Part shown: piece after piece, positions 25,101 to 38,790 of the stretch
Layout of the letters: each line of letters opens with the position of its first letter
Position numbering within the stretch: the first letter of the stretch is position 1
Made by a program: the position numbers and the translations under genes
Notes under the pieces: model-generated
Seen by the model: only the letters and a program-made list of their open reading frames with translations
The model's database searches: none
What the model was told of the DNA's origin: nothing
Source: Marsupella aquatica
Lineage: Eukaryota; Plantae; Marchantiophyta
DNA: 64,000 bases
Direction: 5' to 3'
Assembly: GCA_973895155.1 (NCBI GenBank)
Contig: OZ316896.1
Location: 11,856,830 to 11,920,829, forward strand

Positions 25101-28100
25101 TTGTTCCTTCTACATGTCTGGTTCACTTTTTGATATGGAACAGGGGACGCTTTCTGCAAGATGGGTAGTTCAGTAATGCGAGCCAAGCATTGCACCCTGC
25201 CAACTGACTTGATATCTGGGGCGCCCTCATTTCTTTCTATTTAAATGATTTTTTCTGAAAAATAACATGTTTAATACATTCAGTAGGAGGGGTATTGTTC
25301 TTTCAGAAGAAATAATTCCTTCCATGGAGATATAATTCCAAAGATAGTGCCGCAAAGATATTTTTGTTTAAGACTGCAAGTAAGTCTGAAAATCACTCTT
25401 CTATTGTGAGAGTGGTTGGGCAGTAGGGGGGGTATTTTAGTCATTTTGATAGCTTGGAGGGTCAATTTTGAGCCCAAGAGTGCAAGGTACGTCACTAACT
25501 TGTCATCTGTGGGGACTCGGTGCTATTAGATTTGAAAGAAAAAACCAACTTGTAGGGGCGATTTGATAAAATTTCCCCAAAATAAATAAGGTCATTGTTT
25601 GACCCTCAAAAGCCCAAAGAACTGGATCCCTGAGTTTATGCTCTGATCATCAGAGCGAGCCTGAGAGGGGCCAAAACGAGCTATGATACACCTCTCATCA
25701 CTTTTAGCTTGGTTTTTTTGGTCTTCCATCAGCCAGTTTCTCACCTAGTCAAACAATTTATTAGATAGAATCTAATTGTTAGCTTTAAATCTCAGGTTGT
25801 CAACCGGGGTTATCAAAAGGTTAAAAAGTAATCTAGGAAAATTAGATAAATAATATTCTTAGCATCTTCTCTTTCACGCAAAGTGACAATATAGTGGATT
25901 TACACCAACTTGGGAGCATTTTTAACTTTTTCTGGTCTCTAAGATGTGATCAAGGCCATCCATTTTGGGGGCTACTGTTCACTTTAAGAACCTCAGGTGC
26001 AGTTTCCTTGTAAACTGTTGCCTATCCTATATGGAATGGAGTGGGATCCAAGCTTTGTTGTGTGGAGCACAGATTGGTCCACGATCTTAGTCACTTTTCT
26101 TGGAGGTTTTTTCATCTGGCCCCTTGGTCCATTCCTATCTTGAGTCTTTTACATTGACATGGGGGGCCATAAAAATTGACATCGGGGGCCATAAAATGAT
26201 TCCAAACTCTCTTTCAGCTCGAGTACACTAACTTTAGAACATTAAATGGCTGACAGATTAGCTTTGGTAAAATCACTCAAAATTGCTCCCAAGGTCTTGT
26301 AAGGCCACCCTTTTGGCAACTTGCATGTCAAAAGCACTTTCTTTTACTACCCTTAGCCCTCCTAAAATTGTGGGAAGAAAGTGGATTTCTATACTCCACA
26401 GAACACTTTTCTAACTATCAACTTTGCTACTTTGCTACTTTGCTATGAATCTGTCACAGTCGTCGTCGCAGGGCGAAGTTCGAGGAGGGTGAGAGGGTTC
26501 AACCTGCAAAGCAAAAGAATGAATGTTAAATAGTTTTAAAGCATTTTATTGACGAAGGAAACTGCGGAAGACAAGGAAGGAGGGCCCACGCACCGACCTG
26601 TCTTTCCGTTCACGAGGCCGAGTGTGGGTCACTGGGTTGTCCGAGGCCGAGTTGTCGTCGTCAATCATGCTCCAGCCGGCCGCCTCGCGTTTCGAACATT
26701 GAACGAGGCCCACTACTATAATTATAATCGAGCACTTTGAACGAGGTCGCCGCTTCGGACCAGTTCAGACTTCCGTCGAACGAGTGAGGGTCCGACTATC
26801 ATCCTGTCAAGACTGACTGCTCAGATGTTGGGCGACTACGGGTGCGCAACGATTATGAGGTAGTGACGGGAGGTAGTGGAATGCAGAACTATTCTGAATC
26901 AACGCCTCTCAGGAGACAATTTTAGCCTAGAAAGAGCGCTACGCTAATCTTGCCAATTCAAATCCAAGTAGGCGAAGTTCTATAACCATAATCGCCGAGT
27001 CGAAGCTCACTTTAAGAGGTACCCTTGTAACTGATGGCAACTTGAGGCGTGCGCTTTTGTTCATTTGGTACCTCTTGAGTGATCCGCGGGGAGGTCGAGG
27101 TGCTGGCCACGTACTCCAATAATACCGACCAGTAACCAGTTGCATCGGTCTAGACAGAGGGACTACCGCAAACTCGCCGAGTCTGGTCTACGGAAAAGCA
27201 GCTGTCGCTCGTAATTGAAAGGCGCTACAGTAGATCGAATTCCATGAGCAGTCTTATCGAGATTGGCCTCCAGCTCGGGCTATGGTTTGATGGTCCGATC
27301 AAAAGAGTTCTTGTCACTTCATACGTAGTGTGGACGTTTCTGCAAGACCTTGTTCATGATCGCATTCATATCCCGCGCGGCCGCAAAAGGACTTTCAGTG
27401 GAAGGCGTACAGGGCTGAGTGCTGAATCGCCTGAAAACCTCACAGTAGTTTGTCTAGTTGAGAGCCACAACCAACAATTGGCTGCTGGCATTGTCTGAGT
27501 GTTGGAGTGTGTTCAAGCGACAAATTGCTCGAAGCACTACGTATGTGAGCCTGAGCCACTTAGATGAGACACGAACTCAACTATAATTTATTTCGGGGAA
27601 GTTATCAAATTGCTGCGACATCGTCTAGTTTCAGAACAGGTAAGGCTTGACTTCAAATCTATTGTCTCCACGAAACTTCAAGCAGAGTACATTCTTGGTA
27701 AAGTCCTATTCTGTCGGTAATTTTGAGCGCATACATCATTTGGGGAACAATGTTTACTGTTCTATGCGGCTTTCAATGAGTAACTCTGGTGTATTACAAT
27801 TCCAGGTTGGAGAACCTTCCTTCTTGGCGGCCCTGTCAGGGAACTCGACGGAGTCCTTGAAGCCAAGGAATCGTCTTAAATAATAAAATCTACGCAACAG
27901 CAAGGTGACATCATCTGGCGATGTGATGAACCTTCGGGCAATGGCGAAAAGTGTTCGCCTGCGTTTGCTCTTGGCATTATAATTAACATGGTATAGTGAA
28001 TGAGGTGAACACAGCTTGTACGGCGGTCTGATCCAAAAATAGCGACTTCGTCATCTCGGACGACGTGCAGCCGACTAGTGCAGCACGAGACTGTCTCCAA

Positions 28101-28302
28101 TTTTCCGCGTTGATTCCACACGACGTACGTTGAAGAAGCTTCGGAAACTCGTTTGAATCCTTGACCAGTTCAGTAGTTGAAGCAATTTAGGTGGCCCTTC
28201 AGCCAGAGTTACCCAATCAGTGGCTAACGCTACCAGTTCATTTCAACATTTGCGTTCCTTCGCTTTCGATTATCAAGGCAAGCGCTTTAACATTTGCTGG
28301 TC

Positions 28303-29460
28303 ATGTCTTCTCTCGATGAGAAGGAACGATTGCAAGGTAGCAATCAGACGGCGGAGCTGAACAGCAATATTGTGTACGAGGTTCTGAGGAGAGTGGACGC
28401 TGTGACGCTCGCCGCAGCGAGTTGCGTGAATCGCAATTTTCGCTCTGTGGCAGAAGAGGAAGATCTTTGGGAGAGACTATGCGGTGATCGTTGGCCGTCC
28501 ACCAAGGATGCTGAAGTCAAGTCCGTCTTGTTATCGGTTGGTGGATATCGCAAGATGTATGCTCACTGCTACCCCTCCATAATTGATAAGAAGCAAAGCT
28601 TCGTAGTCAGTAAGGATGACCGTCACGATGGGCTTGGACATGAGAAGGCATCTGATTTCATTGCCATCGTGGATGTCGTTTACGGAGACCAATCTTTGCT
28701 ATCAAGAATAGTGAATGGTATACCAGGGGCGAACGATTGTCAAGGGTGGTTTTCCACTTGTCCCTTCCGCACTGATCTTCTGACACTGTCCGGAAACGAG
28801 TATCGTGATCAAGGGCAGAGTGGCAACACGATTGAGATTGACTTACCTAATGCTGTGTCGAGGTTTCCCGGTGGGCTGAAGAATGGCAGTCCTCGGAATG
28901 GTGCGAGGGTCTGGAAGATGCTATGCGACAACATTAGGGTCAGCTGGATTTTAATCAACAGGAAAACGAAGCGGATGGCTAATCTTGCGAGTTGGAAATC
29001 GCTAGGAGGATTTCGGCACTGGCTCTGTGATGGAGATTTTTTGATGCGATTTGGATCCGTTCTTCCAGGATCTCCAGCCATCAGTGATTCGTCCGTAGGT
29101 GGAGGTCCGGTGCAATGCAATGTCTCTCTAGTATGCTCTTTGAACGTTGCAGATCATGCCGAGGTGCCAGGAGAAACTGTGAAGGCCACGCTCAGGTTGT
29201 GTGAGTTGAGTATGCAATTGGAAGACTTCGAAGGTGCGCTAGCAACCGGTCATGAGAGCGTCGCAATTTTGCACAGGGCGCTAAGCTGTCCTAGGAGCAG
29301 ACATTGTGGCCATGTTGCGGATTCGTACCAGCGCTACTTAAAAGTACGGAATGAAGTTAAAGCAAAAAACCTCAAATTCGACGGTCGTCTCAACGTTGCC
29401 GCAGCACTTGCAAGTGGCATCAGTTCATTCTTGTTCATTTTCTGGCTGTTTAAGTATTGA
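28303..29460 (+). CDS. F-box protein, At2g27310/At2g36090-like, single coding exon, 385 aa
   Basis: The 388-codon ORF has its first ATG at 28303. F-box LNSNIVYEVLRRVDAVTLAAASCVNRNFRSVAEEEDLWERLCGDRWPST. Family motifs DFIAIVDV.Y, GWF.TCPFRTDLL, RVSWILIN....R.ANL.SW, RHW and ELSMQLED.EG. Hydrophobic C-terminus. Confidence 0.92.
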   Translation: MSSLDEKERLQGSNQTAELNSNIVYEVLRRVDAVTLAAASCVNRNFRSVAEEEDLWERLCGDRWPSTKDAEVKSVLLSVGGYRKMYAHCYPSIIDKKQSFVVSKDDRHDGLGHEKASDFIAIVDVVYGDQSLLSRIVNGIPGANDCQGWFSTCPFRTDLLTLSGNEYRDQGQSGNTIEIDLPNAVSRFPGGLKNGSPRNGARVWKMLCDNIRVSWILINRKTKRMANLASWKSLGGFRHWLCDGDFLMRFGSVLPGSPAISDSSVGGGPVQCNVSLVCSLNVADHAEVPGETVKATLRLCELSMQLEDFEGALATGHESVAILHRALSCPRSRHCGHVADSYQRYLKVRNEVKAKNLKFDGRLNVAAALASGISSFLFIFWLFKY

Positions 29461-31061
29461 ACAGATCTGCTTCAAATTTCTCTCGTTTTGTGAAAGTGGC
29501 TCGCCTTCTCCATGAAAAATACAAAGAATTGTACGAGTTCAGATATTCTAGCACGCATGTGGGATTGGGTCAGACGTTCGAAACATTCACGATTGTGATG
29601 GAATCCATCGAGCGCAGACAGTAGAGCTGGGTCTGTACAGCTTTGAAAGTTTTGAAAAGTATGCAAAAGCTTACCGTGAGACCTAATTGTAATAACTTGA
29701 AGCCAATATTTGTAACCTTTTTCTGGCAGCACCGACATTGCCTGGATGGGACATCATGAAAGATCTACTCCGCGTACTCAAGGTGGAAAAGAGACCACCA
29801 CCTGTAAATTGTTGTTGACAAACCGTGTAATTCAAGATCTCATTTAATTGTAGCTGGCAGCCGGTAAACTCCTGTCCCTTTTTCGGACATGGAATGTTGC
29901 AGCCTACTTTCTGGTGACCATTGGTGTCGCGGACAATTCAAATGGCCAGTCTGTTGCTTCTCAATGCATTTTTAGCACGAGTCGGGCCATTTTCAAATTC
30001 CTATGTTTGTGAATCATGTGTATTTGAACGAGCTAGACTCTGCTCTTCCGTTTGAACTTCTTCATTCACGCATTTAACTATGTGCATCTGTACGACAGCA
30101 AAATGCTGGCAACGAATTAGCCCAGTTTGAAACACAGGAACAGAGCTCGAGAAATGTGAATTCCACCAATGTTTACGGAAAGTCTACCAGCAGCTATAGA
30201 ACACCCCATAGAACTGTGGCGACACTTTTACAGCCACTTCAGGGTTTATCCATGATATAGGGAAGTTATCATGTCTGCGCAGTAGCGTAGTGTATCATTT
30301 TATTCCTAGGCTAGTCCATTTTTACGCAAAGAATGTCGTCTTTGGGACTAAGAGCCTACTTGCTTGCCCTCATAACTATTTGCCATTTGCACTGTCTAGA
30401 TTCCCAGAGTATCTGTTACAGTGTTAGGTGGTGTGAGCTGCACAAGCTCTCTTCGTCTTCCTCTCCTTATTTTATATTCTTCCTTTGTGTCATTTGCGTT
30501 CCTGTTTATTGTGATATCCTAGTAAGGGGTCTCAGTTTGTGGGCCCTTGTCCTTGGTTCTCCACTTTGTATGCCATCAGCCTTGTCTCACGAAAGATAAG
30601 TGCTTGTCTCACGAAGGTAAATGCCTGAACCAAAGCTTGCTTGTCAGGGTCCGGAGCATAGAGATGCAAGAGCCTAAACAGAAATGACCTCTTAGTCCAT
30701 TCCTTTAGACTACCTGGTATAAGTCTTTGAAAAAAAACCCATGCACAGATCAAGAAAAAAAGGGGCCCACCTAGTAGGTGATTAGGGTGGGTAATAAGTC
30801 TTATCTTGGCCCTTGTAAAGGGAAGTGTGACCTGTTCTGAATGGTTAGGATTGCACTTCCATATTCAGAAAAAAGCTGCTCACATTTGAATAGTTGAGAT
30901 TGCATCTCAAACATAGGAAAAGAAACTGGGGCCAAGTTCTTGAAAAGCCATCCTTACTTTGCTCCCGCTGCCCCCTCCTAGTTATCTCCCCTGTTCCCTT
31001 GTCTTTTCCAAAGCTCGTTAAACAACTAGAGTACTATAGTTAGCTTAAAACAATTCCAAGT

Positions 31062-31297
31062 CTATCATCTGGCCCCACTCCCTATCAAAGTTAGCTCAAA
31101 TAGCTCAAAATAATTCAGCTCTGGCCCCACTCCTTGTCAAGGTTAGCCAAAACAATTACAGTAGACTATCATCATGTGGCCCCACTCCTTGTCAAGGTTA
31201 GCCAAAACAATTAGACTATCATCATCTGGCCCCACTCCTTGTCAAGGTTAGCCAAAACAATTAGACTATCATCATCTGGCCCCACTCCCCTGACAAG
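31062..31297. repeat. Tandem minisatellite, ~50-60-bp unit, ~5 copies
   Basis: Repeated CTATCATCATCTGGCCCCACTCCTTGTCAAGGTTAGCCAAAACAATTAGA. Confidence 0.9.
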
Positions 31298-31609
31298 GAT
31301 GAGAGAGGGTCTTGAGGTTCATTTGAGGACTCTAACAAGAGTCCCATCACAAATGTTGACAGTTGATTCAGAAGTCACTTTACTTTCACGGGTAGAAAAT
31401 GTGGCAGTATGTAATCCTACCAAAAACAAAGTGAGTAGTGTACTAAATAATAGTTTACAAATAGTTAAATTTAAGTTGAGGATGATGGCTTTTGGCCATA
31501 AACAAATAGCTATAACTTTTTCATGGGGTTGTACATGTAACAAAGTCCTGCTTAGAGGGCATTATGAAATACTAGCCTGATGCCCACATGCCTTGCACGA
31601 AAGATTCCA

Positions 31610-31920
31610 AGGTGAGGGCAAGAGTTCAAGAGAGGGCAAGATGTTGAGGCAAGGGGAAGACATTGAGGTGAGGGCAAGATGTTGAGGCAAGGGCAAGATG
31701 TTGAGGAGAGGCAAAGATGTGGAGGTGAGGGAAAGATGTTGAGGTGAGGGCAAGATGTCAGGATGAGGCAAAGATGCTGGAGTGAGACAAAAATGTTGAG
31801 GAAAGCGTAGATTCAAGATGAGGGAAAGATGTTGAGGCAAGGCCAAAATGCGGAAGGCAAGTTTAGATGTCGAGGTCAGGCAAACATGTGGGGTGAGACA
31901 ACATTGTCAAGGTGAGGCTC
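31610..31920. repeat. Degenerate 18-bp minisatellite
   Basis: Many copies of GAGGTGAGGGCAAGATGTT-like units. Confidence 0.85.
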
Positions 31921-33934
31921 AATACCATCAACAACCATTAGGTGGGGCTCAATCATACCTGTGTGTTGCACAGAAGTTGTCGTTGCCTTTGGGTCAATGT
32001 CGTTGAGAGGAAGCGTTGTTGAGAGCAAGTGTGGTTGAGTGAAAAAAAATTCAAAGCAAAAGTGCTTTCAAGAGAAGGTGTTGTGGTTACAAGAAGATTG
32101 TAGTTGAATAGTAGATGTAAAAGTACCTTCTAACAAAATTTGCTCATAAATCAAGTTGAGTGGAAATATTTTTTGGGCAAAAGTGGTGATCCCTGATGGA
32201 AGTGTTTTCATTTGAAAATGTTGCTGTAGTGATCCAAATCTTGTTTTTGGGTCCACATTGTTGATGGAGAAGATGGTAAAAAAACAGCAAAATATGTGTC
32301 GACCGTGGCAAGGGCAGAAGTTTGATTTTTGATTTTTTTTTCCTTTTCAAAAAGGCAGGGGCTGGAGCCCTAAACACAAATGGTGGACAAAATCCACCTT
32401 GGGGGGGAGCCCAGAGGTCCAACCCAACCAGGCACCAAAGGGCACAAGTTTGAATAATGGGGAAGGAAAATAATCCATTGGGGGCAGAGGAGGGAGACAT
32501 ATATAATAAATGACTTATATATAAATGTCTAAGAAATGTGAGAACCAATTGAATGGTGGGCCAACCCAATGCAAAGTGAGAGGAGGCGGATGATCCATGA
32601 AATTCAATCTCTCTACCCATCCAAAATAAATGCAATCTGGGAGGGGCTCTTGGGGGTCTCACTATATGGAGGCCTCCCCATCACATGCAACATTTTTAAG
32701 GCCTCGGACCCCCTAAGATGTAAGATTTTTATTTATTTTTCAACCCTTATTTGGAACTTTGGTTAGAAGGACCCTAATGTTCTTCTAAGTCTTAAGATTG
32801 GATTTAAAATACCCTATTGTTCTTCTGAGAAAATTCTTAAGTCTTCCTTTTAAACCAATAACCGGGCCAATAACATGACCCTATCCTTCGTTGCACCTGA
32901 TGTGCACACCATTTTTGTGGAAGTGAAACCCCCGAGGAGGGGCTAGGTTGAATAGACAATAACCAACCCTAAACACCCTAGGCTAAAAACAATTTTAGAC
33001 CATTAGAAAGAAAAAACCTACCTTCCCAAGGAAACAGCGAGGGAAACAGAAACCCCTCATCCCTCTAAAAAAGTAAAAGTTGGGTTGCATCTTTTGTTGG
33101 AGGAACTTTGCCATGTGTGCTTTCTTAAATAAAAATTTAACTTGTCAAGAATGCTAGAAAGCAAAAGGATGTAGAAAAAGAATATTGGTTGCCTTGTGTT
33201 GTTGGAGAGTTTCACCATCTGTCTTTCCTTTAAAAGAATAAAATCAATCCTTAGAAAAAATGGAGTGAGAGCAAACACTCTGAAAGAGTACTCTACTTGA
33301 TACCAATCTTAAGAAGAAAACAAAGTGAAAACAAATAGTAGGCTGATGGAAAAGAATAGCACTCACAAGTACACTCCTCATTTGTTTTCAAGAATATGTG
33401 AAATGAGGAGTGTACTTGTTACATGATAACACTTGAGACAACACGGTGATCAAGGTCATGGAAAAGCCAGCTAACAGAGGGCACAGTCCTGGCCTCTCAA
33501 CAACCAAGGTGAGGTACTATCCTCACCTTTCCTTTCCGTGGCATAATCTGTCCTCCTTAGCAAAGTGGGAGGGTGCATCGAGGGGGTCTATTTTTGTGAT
33601 CAAACGGTTGGGAATAAACACCAGTAGATAAACTGACTATGCTATGAAACGAGTGGGATATATTGGGTATTCTAGTAGTTTGATAATGTCTCAAAAAACA
33701 AAAGCTTCAGTTCAAGATTAATGGGCCATTTTTTGTAATGCTCCAAAAACAGGACCTTCCTATACTTAGAGGCCTGAGAAGTATTTATTTTCTCTGAGTT
33801 TGTTAATAGTAGAAGAAAATTATTAAAGAGGTGATCCAGATCTTGACCGGGGCATTTTGGTCCCAGAAAGCCCTCACAAATACAATGTGAAAATCTTGAA
33901 GGGCACTAAATAAGAGTTTTGTTTTCTCTGTTCA

Positions 33935-34800
33935 AGTGGTGGACCTAGCCACCCAGCGCCCTCACCAATCCCGACACCCACGCGCAAGTGCCCTTGGTGC
34001 CCGAACCCCTCCATGGAACTCCTCAAGCAAATAACTTTATGCCCCTTGCAATGCTCACGACCCCTCTCATACGAAGTCGCACTTGCTCCCTAACACAACC
34101 GTTACTCAACGGTCTTCATAGTCTGCACAAGCAAACCAAGTACCTCGGTCGGGACCTCGATAAGTAACCCAACAGGATCTAGATTTCCCCAATTCAAGTC
34201 TAGCATCCTAACTCAAGCTCTATAGACATTTGGTAAGTAGTTCAACAATAAGTCCTCCCGATGCCATAAGCCGAAACCAAAGCCGACACCCATTGTTCGT
34301 CCAGGATAACCCCTCTTTAGGTGCAGTCCAAGTTCCCCCTCGTACCTATCCATCACCAACTGACTTTCTTGCCCCCAAGACATGCTCATGGTAACATAGC
34401 TTGTCCTAAAGCTTGTCCCATCACGTCAGGACAAGAATGGCCCCGAATCTAGCAACCAACTCCCGGTTCTTGCCCCACTGATGGTCTAGGGGCCAAGTGC
34501 CTTTGGAACTCAACCTCCATGTCCGCTGTCTTGGCCTTGCCTCCCCAACGCAAGCTCCCTTGGGAGATTGAATGCGGTTCGATTGCTATTTTGACAGGAT
34601 TTGACAAGTGGACGAGATCCCGCTATCTGCAACCTAGCAAGCTCTGTTAGCACCGGGCATGCGGGCCACCATGACTACGTCGGACACAAAACTTAGGAAC
34701 ATCCTCCCCTTCTCGCAGGATTTGTCCCGTGACCGATCGTAGATACAAATCTGCCCCAAACTTATTAGTACGTGAACTGACCTGAGTGCCTACCTTCACA
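33935..34800. mobile_element. Solo-LTR-like element, copy 1
   Basis: The first ~650 bp (AGTGGTGGACCT..CCCAGCGCCCTCACCAATCCC..GCAAGCTCCCTTGGGAG) are clearly homologous to 43088-43730. Ends with ..CCTTCACA. No clean TSD found. Confidence 0.6.
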
Positions 34801-35281
34801 CACTCAATTGCCAGCCAGTCACCGCGGTCAGGATCGTATTAAGATTCCTCTACTGAGAATTTTAGGCAAATCAAACTGAAACGATTCTACTCAGATGAAA
34901 GGAAACCAAGAATTCACCTAGCGAAGGGCCAACACGGTCGAGGCGATTCATCATGTACGTAGTTTCTCGATCAGTAAGTTTGAGTTACTTGGCGCTTGTG
35001 AGAGCGGGTCGTCCGAGAAAGACATACGAATGTGACGCGCAAATGATAAATGTATAGTAGGTAGGGTAAGCAGAGTGTCCATCAAAGCCACGGATGTTCG
35101 ATCAGCACATGCTCCCCGTACCAAGGCGAGCCTCCTGCGATTCCGTGAGCACCAAGCCCGAATACAATCAGCAACCAGTAATCGTCTAATACTCTTAATA
35201 GGTAAGAAGATTGACAAAGCTCTCGTAATTTTCGTCTTTAATGGTCAACTACAATAGTTTGACTCGTACTTCACAATTTAC

Positions 35282-35349
35282 GGGATAACAGCATTCTGTC
35301 CTATTGCAAACGAGAGGGATAACAGCATTCTGTCCTATTGCAAACGAGA
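35282..35349. repeat. Perfect 34-bp tandem duplication
   Basis: GGGATAACAGCATTCTGTCCTATTGCAAACGAGA x2. Confidence 0.9.
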
Positions 35350-35799
35350 CAAGAAACCTTTATCTTGTATGGTAGATCTATGACAACGGCGAAGAAACAT
35401 CATCATTCTGTTTGACGATCGGTCTCATGGCAACGTGATCGGCTTGTCCAGTAGTGTATGGGCGAATTAGATAATTGGTATTCCGATTCAGTTGAAATCT
35501 GTCTATAGCATTAACGTCCTCGATCTGTGCTCGAGTTTGACTTCACTGTGGATGTCAATATGCAATCTATCGACAAAAATATGCCCGAAAAATGAATGAA
35601 TGATTGGAACTTGATCGAACACGACATCCATGTGATCAATTATTGAAGAGATAAGATAAACAATTTCGTAATAAATATGTTTAGGACTTCAGGCCCGAAT
35701 ATAGAATTAAAGGTTTCTGGGTACAACTGTTGCGCTTGGACCGGGATCTTGCCTGTTGTAACCCCGAAGAACTCCAAAACTAACATGTCTTCAAAATCT

Positions 35800-36640
35800 T
35801 TCTATGCTACCAGATTTTGCCTCGATTGTTCTCCGGCATCCTGTCTGCTAAATCTCCGGTAGTTCAAAATATATTTGAATCCATGGATCTGTTGAGCTAG
35901 GATGTTGCCCTGTTCCTTCTCTGGACAAGTCCTTGTCGAAACTAATCCATGTAACAATGATCGAGGAAGGTTATCTTGTTCTTGAATACTGCCTGATTCT
36001 ACTTCTAGTGTAACTCGTACATCGATCTGCGTTCACGACATTTCGCACTCTTCATGAATGCATATCTTGTGCTAGGACGTTGCCTGGTTTCTACGGCGAG
36101 CCTTCGGAAGACTCCATCATACTTTTGCGTGACATTTTGGAGTCTCGAAGCGAATTCTGTACTCGGGATGTGACCCAATATCGAATACAATGTTCCATCT
36201 CGGATGCTATGCTCCATCCATACCCCATCCATACCTACCGCATGGATGTTTTCTGATCCTACTCTCTAGAGATTCAATCCCTGAGAACTCACATCTTGAC
36301 TTGCAATTCACCCGTCGCTACTTCGATGTCACACCTCGGATTCTTCATGGGTATCTTGTGTTTAGATATTGCCTGGTTTGTACCCCAAGGATTGGAGATC
36401 AAACTCTTACCTGTAATCTGCAAATGGCATTTCAGAGCCGTCATGCACATCTTGTATTTGAGGTTTTGGCCGTCTCAATCTACTTCGATGTCATATCTCG
36501 GATTCGTCATGCATATCTTGTGCTTAGACTTCGCCTGGTTGCAACTTCGAGTCCCTAGCCTAGAGACTGAAACATGATGTACGTGACATTTTGGAGTTCA
36601 TGCACATATCTTGTAATTAGGACCCTGCCTGGTACTCACT
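35800..36640 (-). repeat. Degenerate ~80-bp repeat array, possibly a decayed repeat-protein ORF
   Basis: Recurrent (T)CATG..CATATCTTGTG.TTAGA..TTGCCTGGTT units near 36050, 36345, 36440, 36505 and 36600. One minus frame gives recurring PG(N/E)(V/I)xAQD(M/T/V)H(D/E)xSE interrupted by stops. Confidence 0.5.
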
Positions 36641-38640
36641 CTACTCTAAGTCCCTGAGAAACTAATGTGATCAAACAGTAAATCGAATACAGTCATGACA
36701 CAGTATGTACTGGTCCCTGCACACTTGAAGACACACACTTATCCTCTCAGGTGTTCAAAGTTAAAAGAGGATTGTTGGCTGAAATCCTCGACAGGAGGTT
36801 GATCATGTACGTGAGCGCCAACAACACCGGAGACTAGTAATCGGCATTTAGCTATCTCTTCGCTGCAGCAGCTATGACCCTTCGTACGGGCCAATTGCAA
36901 TTGGAGGCGTCAAGAGCAAATCTCTCAACTACAGCTATCCTTGGCCAGTCCGATCGAGGTATCCATCAGATCGACCGATTTACAGCGGTATCGCGGTCAA
37001 ACAAAGTGGACCGAAAGGAGGATAGTACATCCGAAATGTCATCGTCTTCCTGTCGATTTGATTTGTTCGAGACGAATGCGCTGCTGCATCCTCTCCTGCC
37101 AAGTTCTTCACGCTTCCTTGAGAGTTGCTTCGGCCGGCAGCGGACATCAATCGCTCCTCTTGAAATGTGCAAGTAGTGGCAGTCCTCCATAATGCAGCCC
37201 TGGAAGTTTGTTGTACGACGAGTTGCTGCTTTCTGCCTAGCGGGAACCGCTCATGTGAACGAACTACTTTTCAAGATGACAGCAGACCACTTGCCAAAGA
37301 AATTGGACTAGAGGTGTCTGTGCTTCGTACGATATGACATCCCCTCGCACACACGTTTCTCCTCCAAAGTAGGCAAAGTGCGGTGGCTCGCTCCACACCG
37401 ATTGTCGCTTCTGCACTTCTGGCACTGAGCGCAGCCTATAAGTGCCGTGAGAGAAGCAACGAGAGGGACACTTCTTGGACAACTCGGTCGTAACATTCTG
37501 CGGCCCAGCCTCGACTGCAGCGAACCACCTGCACCAATGAGAGCATCCAGTCAGAGCGAATGTGAAGAGAACGACAAAAGGAACGTCTCGATCCTTGTTC
37601 TTAGACTTTAATAGGTAAATCATACGCTTGTTGGCTTCTTAGATTTTGAGCTGCAGGTTAAAACTTCTCTACAGTAAACTCAAGGAGTCAATACTCAGGG
37701 CCCACTTTTTAGACTTTAGTGTGTATCACACTCAAGCTTAAATCGCTCCCCACCTGTCGTACTCGTTATGGTCAAATATAGAAAACTTTAGCCGTTGAAT
37801 TCCCGTGGGACCAACAGTCGCCCTGGTGATGGGAAAAGATGGAAAATATCCAGCAAAGAATGCTAGGCTAAGAGACAAAGCAACGAAAGGTACTCTCAGG
37901 AAACTGGCGCACTGATCGAGGACTCTGTATCAGGAGTTGCGTGCAATCATTCACCTGCTTCACATAGTAATCGATTCTTCCCAGCCTTGTTGCGTAGATC
38001 CAGGTAAACAGGACTGTACCGCAGGAATCAAGATACAGTAAGCTGCAGCTCCTCCATGGCCCAACCCTAGGCCCTGTTACTATTAAACAAACCTGAACGA
38101 TAAGGATGAAGGTGTTCCAAGCTCTATGACTACGTGACCGTGGACTCGATAACACCGAGTAGGTGTACAGGTTTGGCTACTAGTGCTGAGATGATTTTGA
38201 GATGCTTATAAGTACAATAGGTTTGTTGTTTTAGGGATGGGCTACTTATCAGTCCATTCCTCGCTGATCAACAGAGCTAAACCTGATGAGAACCTGGTGA
38301 GGACCCTCAGGAAGTTTTGCTTGTGCTCTGGTGTGCGTCACCTTTGGCAGAATGTGGAAAAGTAAACTCACACGGCCAAACGGAATGATACGGCACTACG
38401 GTCTGTGTGGCTAGATACCAAATCCAATGCATGCAGGAAACAATGGCGGCATACGAAACGCACAATGTGCCAAATTGCATGTTTTGGATTGAGGGAAGGA
38501 GAAAGTTGTCCACTTGCGGAACTTTCAAACCTGCCCCAGGCAAGCCCATGCCCCTCTCTCTACCTTATCACAAGTGCAATCCCTGATGAGTGGGACCGTG
38601 GGAGCAATCCAACCCTCCAATCTGTCCTCCTAAAGTAAGG

Positions 38641-38790
38641 GATCCCACCACTGTCACACAATTGTCCTCATTGTCTCGTGTCATGCTTCCTTTCTGGTAC
38701 AGCATGGCTGCAAGTGATCCCACCACCGTCACACAATTGTCATCATTGTCTCGTGTCATGCTTGCTTTCTGGTACAGCATGGCTGCAAGT
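38641..38790. repeat. 75-bp tandem duplication
   Basis: GATCCCACCAC(T/C)GTCACACAATTGTC..GGTACAGCATGGCTGCAAGT x2, nearly identical. Confidence 0.92.

Noticed and set aside
32920-33310. Copia tRNA-Met primer-binding site (TGATACCA) and Sirevirus-like LTR-end motif
   Set aside because: The match is short and degenerate, the order is not as expected, and no associated gag/pol was found.
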